Shown: positions 1-13,100, counted from the stretch's first letter. The stretch: 64,000 nt of DNA from Takakia lepidozioides (GCA_030704615.1 CM060732.1:21452001-21516000); one strand, 5' to 3'. Made by a program: numbers and translations. Notes: a model not told the origin generated them from the sequence alone.

Positions 1-641
1 GATTACAGTAAGGTTTCTCAATAAGATCGAGCACTCCCCAATAGAGGGACTGAGGCAATTGCAGACTGGCAAAGTTAACATGTTTTTGCAGTTATTGCAT
101 GCAGGTCAAGCATTGAATGAAGAATGTCTCTGGCAGGAATTTTTCTCAGATACTTCACAGTGCTGCGACAACAGATTTGATAAGGTGAGACTATCCTAAC
201 TTAGGATGTCGTAAATGTTTTCTAGGAGATCCTGGACTCAAGCTTGCATGATGAATGTTTCATCGTCTGGATAGATGCAGTTTCTCAAATTCATAAGAAT
301 TTGGTCCTTTAGCACAAAAAACTCGAAGGTCCTTATTGTTACTAGCAGCTCAAAGCTGCTCCCTGTAGTTTGAAGATGGTGTATTTATAGCCTCAGTGTT
401 GCCAGACTGGTAGAAGCTATAGGCTCTCAGCTGCCCAGTGGTCGGTTTTTTTCAGAGAAGTCCAGGATTGCCAGACTTCAGAAATAAGCAGCCAGAAGAG
501 GTGGTTTGGATTGAGGGTTTGTCGAATCTTCCTTGGGTGAAAGCACAGTTACCTGCCATCACACGAGGTCGAGTACAATCTGGTGATGGCTCTAATTTCA
601 ATGTACATCATGGCGGTTTACACCTAGAATACAACAGGTAC

Positions 642-978
642 GGTTTTGATGAGATGATCCAAGGGTTTCAACTCATAAGGATAGAGTTGGTCAAGTTTAT
701 TCGCAAAGTAGATCACTGCTGCAGTTTGGTAATCCCATCGATAAGTAGCCTGTCAGTACGAAGATATTTTTCTCTTAAGTAGCTAGGAGCAATGACATAT
801 AGCATGTAGGGGGTGTAAGTTTTGCAACGAAGTAAGGTTTTGATGAGATGATGCAAGGGTTCCCTTCAGACGTGTAGACTTGGTCCAGCTTATTCTGAGT
901 AGATGACTGCTGCAGTTTGGTGTTCCCATGGATAAGCGTGAAGATATCTTTCTTTACAGTTACTAGGAGCTTTGCCAT
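642..978. repeat. Diverged tandem duplication, two units of about 150 bp (642-797 and 836-978)
   Basis: Both units begin GGTTTTGATGAGATGAT and share ACTGCTGCAGTTTGGT, CCCAT.GATAAG, GAAGATAT and CTAGGAGC in the same order. Confidence 0.75.
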
Positions 979-1033
979 TTAGGATGCGGGTTTCAGTGTA
1001 AATTTTGTAATGAAATGTTTAGAGTGATGTAGG

Positions 1034-3758
1034 ATGGCAGGGTTGAATCAGGCACAGTCAAGCACCTCCACCCTGGCCACTTCTTATAGAAGAGGACCGG
1101 GAGAGAGATTTAAAATGAAAGAGAGATTCAAAATGAAGCCTTCAGGCAGCTGTGAGGATATGAGAACACTATGTAAGGCAGGAGAACTGAAAGAGGCGCT
1201 GCACATTTTGAAACAAGGAGGCATTTCAGCAGACTTGGATACTTACGTTCGTCTCTTGCAAGAGTGCAGCAAGATAAAAGACATAGCAAGGGGAAAACAG
1301 TTGCACACGCACATCACCCAAAGTGGATTCAAGCCAAACACCTTTCTATTGAACGCCCTTGTTAACATGTATGCCAAGTGCGGCAGCCTGTTGGATGCCC
1401 GCCAAGTGTTTGACAATATGCATGAACGGGATGTATGTACGTGGACTATTATGATGGCAGGATATGCAAAGAATGGATATGGTAGTGAGGCTTGCCGAAT
1501 GTATGAGAAAATGGTAAGGGAAGGGGCTACACCCAACAAGGTCACCTTCATCTGCATTCTCAGGGCATGTGCCAGCCTAGGAGCCCTGAGAAAGGGCAAA
1601 GAGGTCCATGCTGACATCGTAAAAGCCGGAATTGCTCCGGACATCATTCTGGAGACTGCTCTTGCAGACATGTATGCCAAATGTGGGAGCATGAATGATG
1701 CAAATCAAGTGTTCAACAACATGGCCAAACGGGATGTGGTCACATGGAATACCATTATCATAGGATATGCTCAGCTTGGGTGTTGTAGGGAGGCTTTTGA
1801 GAAATATGAGCAGATGGCACGGGAAAGGGTGACACCTGACAAGGTCACCTTCATTTGCATTTTGAACGTGTGTGCCAGCCTGGTATCACTGGAAAAGGGC
1901 AAAGATGTTCATGTGCAGTTCAGCAAAAGTGGAATTCCATCGGATGTAGTTCTGGATAATAGCCTTATCGACATGTATTCGAAATGCGGGAGCTTAAAGG
2001 ATGCATGTCAAGTGTTTGACAATATGGCTAAACGAGATGTGGTCTCATGGAACACTATGATCACAGGATATACTCAGCGGGGGTTGGGTAGAGAAGCTCT
2101 TGAGAGATTTGAGCAAATGAGACAGGAAGGGGTGAGGCCCGATATGGTCACATTCATTTGCATCCTCAATGCCTGTGCCGGTCTGGCAGCTCTGGAAAAG
2201 GGCAAACTTATTCATGCTGACCTCAGCAAAGCTGGAATTGCGCCAAATATCATTCTAGAGACTGCCCTTGTTGACATGTATGCCAAATGCGGGAGCTTAG
2301 ATCATGCACGTCAAGTGTTCAACAACATTGCGCTCTCCATTGCAGGATATGCCAGCAAGTTTCAGCCTTATCCTCAAATGCCCCCCCAATTATTGCATAG
2401 CAAACAGCAGCCCAACGTCAAGGTCACATTCATTTGTGTTGTCAATGCATGTGCAAGTCTGGCAGCTCTTGAAAAGGGCACACAGGTCCATGCTCACATC
2501 ATCAAAGCTGGAATAGCCCCAGATATCGTTCTGGAGACTGCCCTTGTTGACATGTATGCCAAATGTGGGAACATGAAGAATGCGCTTGATGTTTTTGATA
2601 ATATGGCCCAACAAGATGTGGTCTCATGGAGCGCAATGATAGCAGGATATACACAGCATGGTTGTAGCATGGAGGCTTTTGAGATGTACGAGAAAATGAA
2701 AGATGAAGGGGTGACACCAAACAAAGTCACCTTTGTTTGCATTCTAAATGCATGTGCCAGCATGGCAGCCCTGGAAAAGGGTAAAGAAGTCCATGCAGAC
2801 ATTACCAGAGCCCAAATTGCGCCATTTATTCATCTGGAGAATACGCTTGTCAACATGTATGCCAAATGTGGGAGCTTGATAGATGCACGTCAAGTGTTTG
2901 ACAAGATGTCTACACGAGATGTTGTCTCATGGAGTGTGATGATCACTGGATATGGTCAGCAAGGGTGTGGTAGGGAGGCCCTTCAACTGTTTGAACAAAT
3001 GCAACGGGGAGGCTTGAAGCCGGACCGTGTCACCTTTGTATGTCTTCTCTCTGCATGTAGCCACGGGGGCCTTATAAATGAAGGCTGTCACTACTTTGAT
3101 TCCATGAGTCGAGATCATGGCCTAACTCCCACGGTGGAACATTTCGGCTGCATGGTAGACCTTCTTGGTCGTGCAGGGAAGTTGGATGAGGCAGAGACCT
3201 TTATTAGCAAAATGCCAACTGAACCAGGTGCTTCAGTGTGGGGGACGTTGCTCAGTGCCTGCAGATTTCATGGCAACTTGGAGCTAGCAGAACGTGTAGC
3301 AATAGGTCTTCTCATGTGGGATCCACAGCACACTGCAAGTTACATGCTGCTATCAAACATCTATTCTGTAGCGGGCTGGATTGAGGTGGACGACAGAGTC
3401 CATACGTTCGTTGGAGACACAAATTGAGGGCAATCCATGCTGAGTTCATAAGATTATCTGGGCTATGAAAGAGGCTGGGTATGTGCCTGACACAAGCTTT
3501 CTATTGCATGATGTGGAGGAGGAGCAAAAGGAATTTTATCTTTGCCATCACAGCGAGGAGCTGGCCATTGCTTTGAGACTCATAAGCACACCCCCTGGGA
3601 CACCTCTCCACGTCATCAACAAACTTCGCGTGTGTGGTGAGTGCCACACTGCCACCAAGTTCATCTCGAAGATTGCTGGGCGAGCAGTTCTTTTACAGGA
3701 TGCCAACCGGTTTCACAATTTCCAGGATGGACTTTGTTCTTGTGGGGATTACTGGTGA
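1034..3758 (+). pseudogene. PLS-class PPR protein with E and DYW cytidine deaminase domain (organellar C-to-U editing factor), disrupted between E and DYW
   Basis: ORF 1034-3427 has repeated P-L-S motifs (MYAKCGS..A..VF..M..RDVVSW) then [22 protein letters not shown] and LLSNIY. The DYW part is a separate ORF, 3465-3758 (HSEELA, CGECH, CSCGDYW). Compared with the paralog at 42455-44870, 24 codons including the PG box are missing and frameshifts lie at about 3420-3464. Confidence 0.92.
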
Positions 3759-4565
3759 AACAACACAATGTACCTATGAACGAAAGTGCATCACGTCAAA
3801 TGTGAGGGCACTGGATGCAAATGCAAGCAAAGAGTACAGTTGAAAGGAAGGAAACTTGGTATGATTAATGCAATCATCTGTACGGCACTTTCTTGAGCTG
3901 CAAATGGTGATTGATCACAGTACAAGCATGATCCCGGAAGAGTCTAAGCTGGCAAAAGGGGCCCATATGATGTTTCGAACAATCATTATCTGTGCGAAGA
4001 CCAGATGGATAGGTTATCATAGATCCCACTCCGGTACTCAGCTCAGATTTGATCTCCCCTCTATTGCTTCTACTGCATAAGCCTCGTGGCTTTATGCCGC
4101 GTAAGACTCGGCCTCATGCCCCAAGGGGCTTGCATAAGTTGCCTAATGAAAGAGTTTTGGAGCTCCTCTTTGGTGCTGTGATTAGTGTCCTATCCAAAAA
4201 CAGCAGGAAAGTACCTGGACGCTGGACGCTTGTAATTCTGCCTTGCGCTGGGAAAACAACTGACCGTGCCCACCAGCTGGCCTCGGTAGGGCTGTATTTT
4301 GAAACCTGGCTGAAACTTGTTCGAAGTATGAGTGTCTTCCTGTCCTGAGAACCCCCATAGGTTCCATGTTTGTGCTATCATGCACTAACTGGTTGATTTT
4401 CGCCCTTCGTTTTCAGGGCAAGTTTGGGGCATAATTTTGGTCGTTCTGGAGGGATCTTACGAGTGTAGCCTGGAACGGGACCTTACGCCTGTAAGATCCC
4501 CAAGTTAGCTATTTTAGCTATTTTTTCCTCAATCACAGGGAGAAAAACATTGCAAGGCGTGTGTC

Positions 4566-4825
4566 GGTATTCTTGCCCTAGCAACGTGGTCAAAAGAAAA
4601 GTATGACCCCTTGGTATTCTTGCCCTAGAAACGTGGTCAAAAGAAAAGTATGACCCCTTGGTATTCTTGCCCTAGAAGCGCGGTCAAAAGGCAAGTATGA
4701 CCCTTGACGAAGGATCCTAACATTACTACAGTTCTTAGCATACAAGCCTAGAAAGCTATGTCACAATCGTCCTCTTAGCTAGACCCATTGGTATTATTGC
4801 CCTAGAAGTGTGGTCAAAAGGCAAT
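4566..4825. repeat. 47-bp tandem repeat, three adjacent copies plus one partial copy
   Basis: GGTATTCTTGCCCTAGAAACGTGGTCAAAAGAAAAGTATGACCCCTT-like units start at 4566, 4613 and 4660, with a partial unit at about 4790. Confidence 0.9.
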
Positions 4826-5660
4826 GATCCATGACAATGGTAGTCAATGAGTATCTAAAGTCCTCAAGAGTGCTTCTAATCTCATGGCCCTGTTATCCGC
4901 AAGGCTTCATGTTTTGCAGAGTTTGCACGCCTTGGCGCCCTGCAATTGGTAAAGGGTGTATAGGTAGCGCATTTTTAAACATGGGAAGGGAGAAGGCAGA
5001 AACAAATATTGGGCATGACATCATCATCAGGGGCAACTTCGGGCAAGCATGTAAAGTGGCCCTTAGGACCACAGGAAGGACAGAGGTTCAAATAGTGATG
5101 TGGTTCCACATGGCCATGGATCTCTAGGTACATCCTTCGAATACTCACCGGTCCTGCCGCTGCCGAATCCGCTCAAGCTACCACAAGGTGGATGTGGCTT
5201 TATAAACTGCAACCATTACTACACTCATCACCCCATTTGAGATCAGAGAGAAGACTCCGGCCAAAGCTGTAACTAAGAGCCACTTTTTTTAACTAAGAGC
5301 CATTTGAGATCAAAACCTGTTACAGTGTCATTTGGAACATCATGCCAAGCATTCTAAGAGTTGTGTATAAATTTTACCTCCTTATGTGTTATATCTCCTT
5401 TATTGTTAAGTTTTCTCTACTCTCCAAAATTTTACACTAAAAAGGATTGAAAGGGTGTTATATGTGATGTGTTAGAAAAGTCTTACTCTCTATGTTGTTA
5501 AAACACCCCATTTAATTGTTATATGTCATTATGCACCTCCAGTTAGTTGGTGGGAATTGTTTCTTAGGTATGACTCAACAAAGTTGACCATAAATTTGGT
5601 CTATCCAATTGAAATGTCTTTAAAGGAAGGTCTATCTCTCATCTCAACTATTAGTGCTCT

Positions 5661-6156
5661 TGTGAAGGCTTATTTTGTGCTTGAATGAGATTCTCCCGTC
5701 CTCACAAGTGCATGTTAAACTAGGGTGTAAGAGCTTGGAAGGAGCGGGCTTTACAGCACGAGAAGAGAGATGAACATGTAGAGGATTCCACGTACAGCAT
5801 ATGCAGAGCTAACACACACACATCCAAAGCTCATAGAGCACGTCCAAAAGCCCGTACACCAGGTTGTACATACGAGAAAAAGGGCCCTGACTCAAGGTCA
5901 GGAACAAGCTTATACCCAAAACCTAGGGTGAGGAAATACCCCCACGTGGTACCAGGGTTGCCTAGATTACAAACAGATCTGGCCCGTAGACCAATGAAGG
6001 GGCCATGCAGCCACAAAGCTCTAGGATAACCTCAAACAAGTATAGGTCAGGCTGTATATAACGGTCTCCCGCCGTAAATATTAATGGCATGGGATGAACC
6101 TGTCAGACAGTGATGAATAGGCTGAAAGTCAGGTCAGGAGAACATGAGCCATCACA
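5661..6156 (-). repeat. 3' LTR of the outer Ty3 element
   Basis: Matches 16439-16946 with substitutions and small indels. It has 10 extra terminal bases, TGTGAAGGCT (5661-5670). Confidence 0.95.
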
Positions 6157-6168
6157 TATGTGAAGGCT

Positions 6169-6183
6169 TCCCCCCCCTTAAAA
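6169..6183 (-). promoter_or_regulatory. Polypurine tract of the outer element
   Basis: Minus strand reads TTTTAAGGGGGGGGA. It is separated from the LTR core by 12 bp (AGCCTTCACATA). Confidence 0.85.
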
Positions 6184-6310
6184 TCCGAGCTCCGCAAGGT
6201 AAAATATACGGATGTTACCCCGCCATGAAGTTCCCCAACGTCGCAGGGTGAAAAACCTGTTATGGGAAAACCCGGTGGGACAAAACCTATGCAAAGGAAA
6301 ACCTTACGCG

Positions 6311-9300
6311 TTATAAGTGACCCCGAGGAAGTGCAAGGTTAGATCGACATGCCTCACACTTGGAGATGAAGACAGTAACATCTCTTTGAATTCCCTTCTA
6401 GTAGTACACCTCTTGTATGCGAGCTATAGTCTTCTTGACCCCAAGATAACCTGCATACAAAGAAGCATGAAAGCATTCCAACAAAGCATCTAACTGGCTC
6501 CGTGGTGGTACCTCCAAGTAACAAGGACTCTCATCCTTAGTGCCCACTTTGTACAACTTTCCATCCCTACAACGATGAGCATCCACATTGTACAACACTT
6601 GCTTTCTCAACTTCTCAGGGAGCCCTGCAGGTGAACGTCCATGAAGACATCGATGGAGTAGCGCTGCATGCAGCATATCATCCATGATTGCACTGCACAT
6701 AAGCGAGGTTCAATGGGCTTTAGTAAGGGTGACATGGAGTGTCTGCCTCATGTTATCTCCAGCCACTAGATCCTTGCCTCATTTGAAATGAACCAAGGCT
6801 GAAAAGGAAAGACAAGGAACAAGGAAGGATAGATCAGCCCCTCACAAAGGCTTTAGACATGAGATCCACTGTCCAAACCAGCAATATAGGGACTCAGCCT
6901 GGATCATCAAGAAGGCTAGACCAGCCCCAAGCTAGATGGATCAAGAAGAAGAGGCTTTTGATCAAAACATAAAAGGTTAAGAACAGGGCCTGTCCCCTTA
7001 GGAGAGGATATATCAAGAGCAGCCAAGTCCTCCAAGGTCACCATAGGCTTGCCTACATGAGGCTCAACCTGTGTAAGAGCATTTGCATTGGAATTCTCAT
7101 TCCCCTTCTTGTAGACAATGTCAAGGTCAAACTCTTGTAAGAACATAGCCCATTGTGCCAGTCTACCATACAACAGTTCACGAGGCCGAAGCAATGCCTT
7201 AAGGGGAAGATGATCAGTCTCAACCACAAACTTGCTGCCATGCAAATACTACCTGTAGTGTTTAACACCAAAGATCAAAGCTAGCCCCTCTTTATCAGTG
7301 ATAGAGTAGTTCTTTTCATGCTTGTCCAGCTTCCTAGAGGCATAAGCAATGACTTTCTTCTTCCCATCAAGTACTTGACACAAAATGGCAGAGATGGCAA
7401 TATCAGAAGCATATGCTTGCATCTTGAAAGGCGGGTGAAAATTGGGAAACATAAAGACTGGAGCAGTGGTGAGAGCAACCTTCAACCTGTCAAAGGCAAC
7501 TTGTTGGAAAGTGCCCCATTCAAAGTGAACATCCTTAGCTAGAAGCTTGGTCAAAGCAAAAGCAATCATGGCCCAAGAAGCCAAACCAAGGAAGGATTTA
7601 ACACAGTGTTTGTCCTTGGGAATGGGAAACTCCCAGACAGAGCAAAGCTTCTCAGGATCAGGTTTAAGACCTTCTTTTGATAGGACATGACCCAAGAAGT
7701 GAAGCTCAGGCATGCACAATTCAGATTTCTTTGACTTAACCTTTAACCCTGCAACTCTAAGTCTGCTGAAGACACGTTGCAAGTCAAGAAGATGAGCTTC
7801 AAAGGTGGCTGAATATACATTGATGTCATCAATGTATATCAAAGCACACTCCCACCTCAAATTTCCAAGGACAATATCCATTAGGTGCTGGAAGGTAGAA
7901 GTTGCATTGCACAAACCAAAAGGCATGGTCTCATACTGGTACTTGCCCATCCTACAGACAAAGGAGGTTTTCTCTTTTGCTTCCTCAGTCAGAGGCACTT
8001 GCCAAAATCCAGAGGCCAAGTCTAAGGAAGAAAACACAGTGGCTCCATGTAACATGTCAAGGGTCTCATTGATCTTGGGGAGGGGATATGCATCTTTCTT
8101 GGTGACTGTATTGAGACGCCCGAAGTCCACACAGAAGCGAGTACTTCCATCTTTCTTCCCTACAAGGACTATGGGACTGGCCCAAGGAGAGATGGAAGGC
8201 TTAATCACACCAGCATCAAGCATTTTTTTATTTCCTCTTGCACAATAGCCCTCTCTTTCACACTCTCTCTATAGGCAAATTGCTTGACAGGAGGTCCCTC
8301 AGTCTCAATGTCATGCTGCAGGATATTGGTCTTCCCAAGGTCAGAAGCTCCAAGACTGAACACATTCGGGTTGTGAGCTATCAAGGTCTCAACTTGTTTC
8401 TTTTGGGCTTCCTCAAGTAAGTGGTTGAGTTTGTTCTCACCAAGGACTTTGGCAAGGGCTTCTCTTTCTTGAGCATTGAGTCTATTCTTGAAGCTCATGG
8501 CAGGAGAAGAGTGGCTGAAAAAAGCAGTGACCAGATCTGATTGATCATGGACAATGCCTAAGGCTTCAAAACCAAAAGCAGGTTGGACTTCATCAATCTC
8601 TTCTAAGGGACGGGCAGAAATTCTAGCAAGCACTTGCCCCTTCTTGATGGTCACAGGAAACCTTTCAGGATTGGCTATAAGAAGCTTGACTTCATCTTTG
8701 TAACCTCTATCAAGAACCCCAGTAGCAACAAGGCAATGCTTTAAGGCAGTAAGCCTCCTCCATCCATCAACCTCAAGGTAGTGTCCCTTAGGACAAAGAT
8801 AGGTCAATTGGGTCTTGACCACTCTCTGGCACATATATGGAATAGTGACATCACATGGAGCTCTAATCAAAGTATTGTTCTTTTGCACCACAATGGGAGC
8901 ACCAGACTTTTGACCAGAGCTAGGTACATGCCACTCATACATCAAGGCAAGATCTGGCTTGTATTTGTAAAAATCCAGCCAAGACATGTTGTGGTGGGTC
9001 CTTTGCCTTACCTCCCTTACCATGGCTTGAACTTGGGAAAGGTTGGCAGTGCATGCATGCATGCATCTTGACAGTCTTGAGAGGCACTATAACTTCATGT
9101 CCTTCTCCATTGGGAAATCTTAGGGAGTTGTCACCAAGGTTGATGGTAGCTTTTGCCCCTGTCATCCAATCCAATCCCAACAATAACTGGTCTCCTACTG
9201 TAACTATGCAAGTAATGAAGACCTCTTTCTTGTGAATTCTAATAGGGACAGTGACCAGCCCCAAGGGCTCATACCTTGACCCATCTGCAATGATGACCTC

Positions 9301-9816
9301 CATGCCTTGTGCAGGGGTCAACTTGAGGCCCAAGACTCTCACTACCTGCAAGGGGATGGCAGACATGGTACATCCAGTATCTACAACACATGGAAAACTC
9401 AAATGATGCACATGACATTGTGTGATCAAGGGACTTATGTCGGGCACTTGACATTTCTTGGCTAGTTCACAATGCAAAGCCTTAAAGTTAGTTGACAACA
9501 TGACCCTCTTCTTACCTGCATTAACAGGGTGCTACCTTGCCCAAGGCACTCAAGGAGGCGGAGGCGCTCACTAGGTGTAGCCCCGCACACCGGGTTGCGG
9601 TGGGGGTGGCTCCACAAAGGGTGGTGGTAGCTTAGCGGGACTTAGTGGGGGTGGCATAGGACTCACCACGGGGCGGAGACCTTGTGGTGGGAGTCGTGGG
9701 GAGTCTTGGGACTCATCACGGTCCAATGGGGCCGTGGTAGGTGAGCCAAGACTCACCGCGACTCATCACCGGGAGTCGAGGGTCTTTGTGGTTCGCCATA
9801 AAATGGCATGGTTGTT
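6311..9816 (-). pseudogene. pol of the outer element: gag C-terminus, aspartic protease, dUTPase-like domain, RT, RNase H, integrase zinc finger only
   Basis: Protease VVDTGCT and LLGLDW (8935-9501). [31 protein letters not shown] (7249-8223). RNase H YASRKL, TDHLPL. Zinc finger H..YAGYLG...YY*KGIQRDV...CEAC (about 6335-6480). Several frameshifts and stops. Confidence 0.93.
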
Positions 9817-10153
9817 TGTGAAACCCCCGCGGACAGTCACAGAAGTATATATAGGGAGTAGTAACACCGAGAACGGTGCAAGCCCGTTGGTGACCAAAAA
9901 GTAGTGAGTAAGCGAACGAGCCGGAAAGCGACCAAGGAGTGGGGAGCTATTCCGGACTGCCATCTACCAAAGGGAATTTCCACTAGGCCCAAATTGGTGG
10001 AGGGTCTTTTGGAAGAGTAAAGGGAGACCGTTATGTCCCGGTGAGCAGCCGAAGCTCCGAGTTGGCCCGGCGGCCAGGTTGGGAGTTAGGCGCGCGCATC
10101 AAAGCGAGTAACTATGACTTGAAGGGGAGCTTTCCGAAGTGAGGTGCGTGACA
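9817..10153 (+). repeat. 5' LTR of the nested chromovirus
   Basis: TGTGAAACCC...GTGCGTGACA, followed after 2 nt by the PBS. Confidence 0.95.
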
Positions 10154-10155
10154 CT

Positions 10156-10167
10156 TGGTATCAGAGC
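10156..10167 (+). promoter_or_regulatory. Primer binding site, tRNA-iMet
   Basis: TGGTATCAGAGC directly after the 5' LTR. Confidence 0.95.
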
Positions 10168-10199
10168 TTAGAGTTCAGTACGCGATCGTCCTTGAGATC

Positions 10200-13100
10200 G
10201 GCCTCATGCTTCAATTGCGGGGAGCCCGAGCACATGGCCAAGAAATGCACGAAACCCCGACAATTGAACATGACTCGGGCGGCCAGGGAGCTATCCAAAG
10301 ATTCAATCAGCCGCTTGGTGGAGGCGGTGGTCGCCAAGACTTGCAAGGTAGACAACTACTCTTGTGAGTTGTATCAGGAAACTGACGCCTTGCGTAAAGG
10401 AAGTCAGTTAATGTTCGTGGATGGGATAATTTCCGGAACTAACGTGTCGTTGTTGGTGGACACATGAGCGTCGCACTCCTTCATGACACCGGCAACGGCA
10501 TGAAAGCTGGGGATCCCGACAAGTGACGTGGGGGCCTCTATTGAGGTGCGTTATGCCAAAGGAGAACCACAATTGGCGACGAGGTTGGCGTTCGATGTTC
10601 CTCTTCAACTGGGGAGTTGGGAGGGACGTGAGAACTTCACCATTTGCAAGATCGATGGAGTGGATCTCATTTTGGGGATGACCTTTTTTAGCAAATCCGG
10701 AGCGGTCATAGATGGCCGCAAGAGAGTAGTCACGCTGCCGTGTGGAAATGGCGGCGAAGTTTTACGAGTGTCGGAAACGCCCAAACCCATGGGAGGGCGA
10801 ATAAACCTTTTGTCAGCAAGGGAGTAGGCCGTGGAGGAGCCACACGAGCCCCAGTTTTTGCTTTACGTAAGACAAGTGAAAGGAGAAGGCGATGGGGAGC
10901 CGAGCCCAGATTGGATCAAGGGGATCTTGGAGAAATATCAGGATGTGATGCTGGAGGATTTACCAAGCGGCTTGCCACCGCGAAGGGGAGTTGACCACAA
11001 GATTGAGGTGATACCGGGATCGGAGCCGCCTGCCAAGGTGCCCTACCGGTTGAGCCACAGAGAGTTGGTCGAGCTGAAGACTTAGCTCAAGGATCTAATG
11101 TCAAAGGGGTACATCCGGCCGAGTAAGTCACCTTACGGAGCCCTGGTGCTATTCGCAGACAAGAAGGCTGAGACGCTGCGGATGTGTGTCGATTACAGGG
11201 CTCTGAATAAGGTGACTATAAAAAACCGGTACCCTTTGCCATCGACGACCTTTTCGATCGGTTGGCAGGAGCAAAATATTTCAGCCGGATCGATTTACGC
11301 TCCGGCTATCATCAAATTCGAGTGGCGGAAGGAGATGAGGAGAAGACCGCGTGCAGGACAAGGTATGGTTCATATGAGTTCTTGGTGATGCCTTTTGGGC
11401 TCACCAATGCATCCGCGACCTTTAGCACGCTGATGAACAGCCTTTTCCAGGAGTGGCTGGATGACTTTGTGATCGTGTACATCGACGACATCTTGGTGTA
11501 CTCGAAAACAAAAGAGGAGCACCTGGAGCACCTCAAAAGGGTGTTCCAGAAATTGCGGGAAGGAAAGCTGTATGCCAAAGCTTCAAAGTGCGAATTTGGG
11601 GTCACAAAAGTGGAATTCCTAGGGCATGTGATTACACAGGATGGGATCAAAATGGATGACAGAAAGGTGAGGGCGATGTTGGACTGGGAGCCTCCAAATT
11701 CAGTCCCGGGAGTGCGATCATTCCTAGGACTTGCCTCCTATTACCGAAAGTATGTGAGAAATTTTGCCAAGATCGCGGGGCCGCTGTCAAACCTTCTGTG
11801 TAAATCCAAGGTGTGGGTATGGAACACCTTTTGTGGCCAAGCTTTTGCCGAGTTAAAGCAGCGGATGGCAGAAGCTCCAGTCTTGAAAATCCCGGAGTTC
11901 GACCGTCCGTTTGAGATTCATACAGATGCGTCGGACTTCGCGATTGGGGGTGTACTTATGCAAGATGGACGTCCAGTGGCTTACGAAAGTAAGAAATTGA
12001 ATGAAGTGGAGCGACGGTGGCCGACGCACGAGAAAGAGATGAAGGCGGTTGAGCATTGTCTTGAGCTTTGGCGCCACTATGTTGGTTCCAACCCGGTGAA
12101 GGTATTCACGGACAATGTCACGGTGAAGTATTTTGCCACGCAGCCTAAGTTGTCCCCAAAACAACTTAGGTGGCAAGACACTTTGGCGGTGTTTGACGTG
12201 GATATCCAGTACAAACCGGGACGGGACAATGTGGTGGCCGATGCCTTAAGTAGAAAACAGCAGCTCATGTTGGTGTACAGGGGCGAGACGACGCTCCAAA
12301 GAAAGATCTGGAAGACTTACCAGAAGGATGAGATGGCGAAGTCCGTGATGCGGGACTTGAGGATGGGGGTGAAATCGCAGTTCCACTTGCAAAATGGACT
12401 GCTCCGGTACAAGCAAAAGCGTCTCTACGTGCTGAAGGGAGGGATCAGAGATAGTCTCTTGAGAGAATGCCATGACGCACCGCGGCACTCTTGAAGAAAG
12501 AGTATTTCTGGCCCAAACTGAGGGAGGGAGCCGAGGAGTATGTCAAGACATGCACCACATGCCAACAAAACCGGAGCGAGTACAAAAAGCAAGCGGGGCT
12601 GTTACAACCCTTGCCGATTCCAGAGGGGTCTTGGGAAAGTGTCTCGATGGATTTCATGACTGCTATGCCGCTGTCAAAAAAAATCGATGCGATCATGGTG
12701 GTGGTGGATAGGTTCAGTAAAATGAGCCATTTCATCCCCACCAAGGAGACGGCAACGGCGCAAGAGACGGGGCGACTTTACTTCGCCCACGTCTTCAAGC
12801 ATCATGGACTCCCGAAGGATATTGTCACGGACCGCGATCCAAAGTTTACGAGTAAATTTTGGAGGGCACTTTGGAAGAAGATGGGGACGAGGCTCAAGAT
12901 GAGCACCGCCTTCCGACCTACGACGGACGGCCAAACGGAAAGAGTGAATTCCGTGGTGAAGCAGATCTTGCGGAATTACGTGTCGGCAGACCAATTAGAC
13001 TGGGTGGAGCACTTGGACGCGGCAGAGTTTTGTTATAATAACACAAAACACTCCGCAACGGGAGTTTCCCCTTTCGTATTGGTCTATGGAAAAGCACCTC

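Noticed and set aside
1243-3118. Antisense ORFs over the PPR tracts (also 43615-44412)
   Set aside because: These are shadow frames of repetitive PPR codons.
4566-4825. Repeat array as a possible CRISPR
   Set aside because: Units are head-to-tail with no unique spacers, there are no cas genes, and the context is eukaryotic.
5661-6169. Solo LTR with an 11-bp TSD TGTGAAGGCTT
   Set aside because: The CTCT TSD and the terminal inverted repeat pair 5661 with 16946, and the repeated word is itself the att end.
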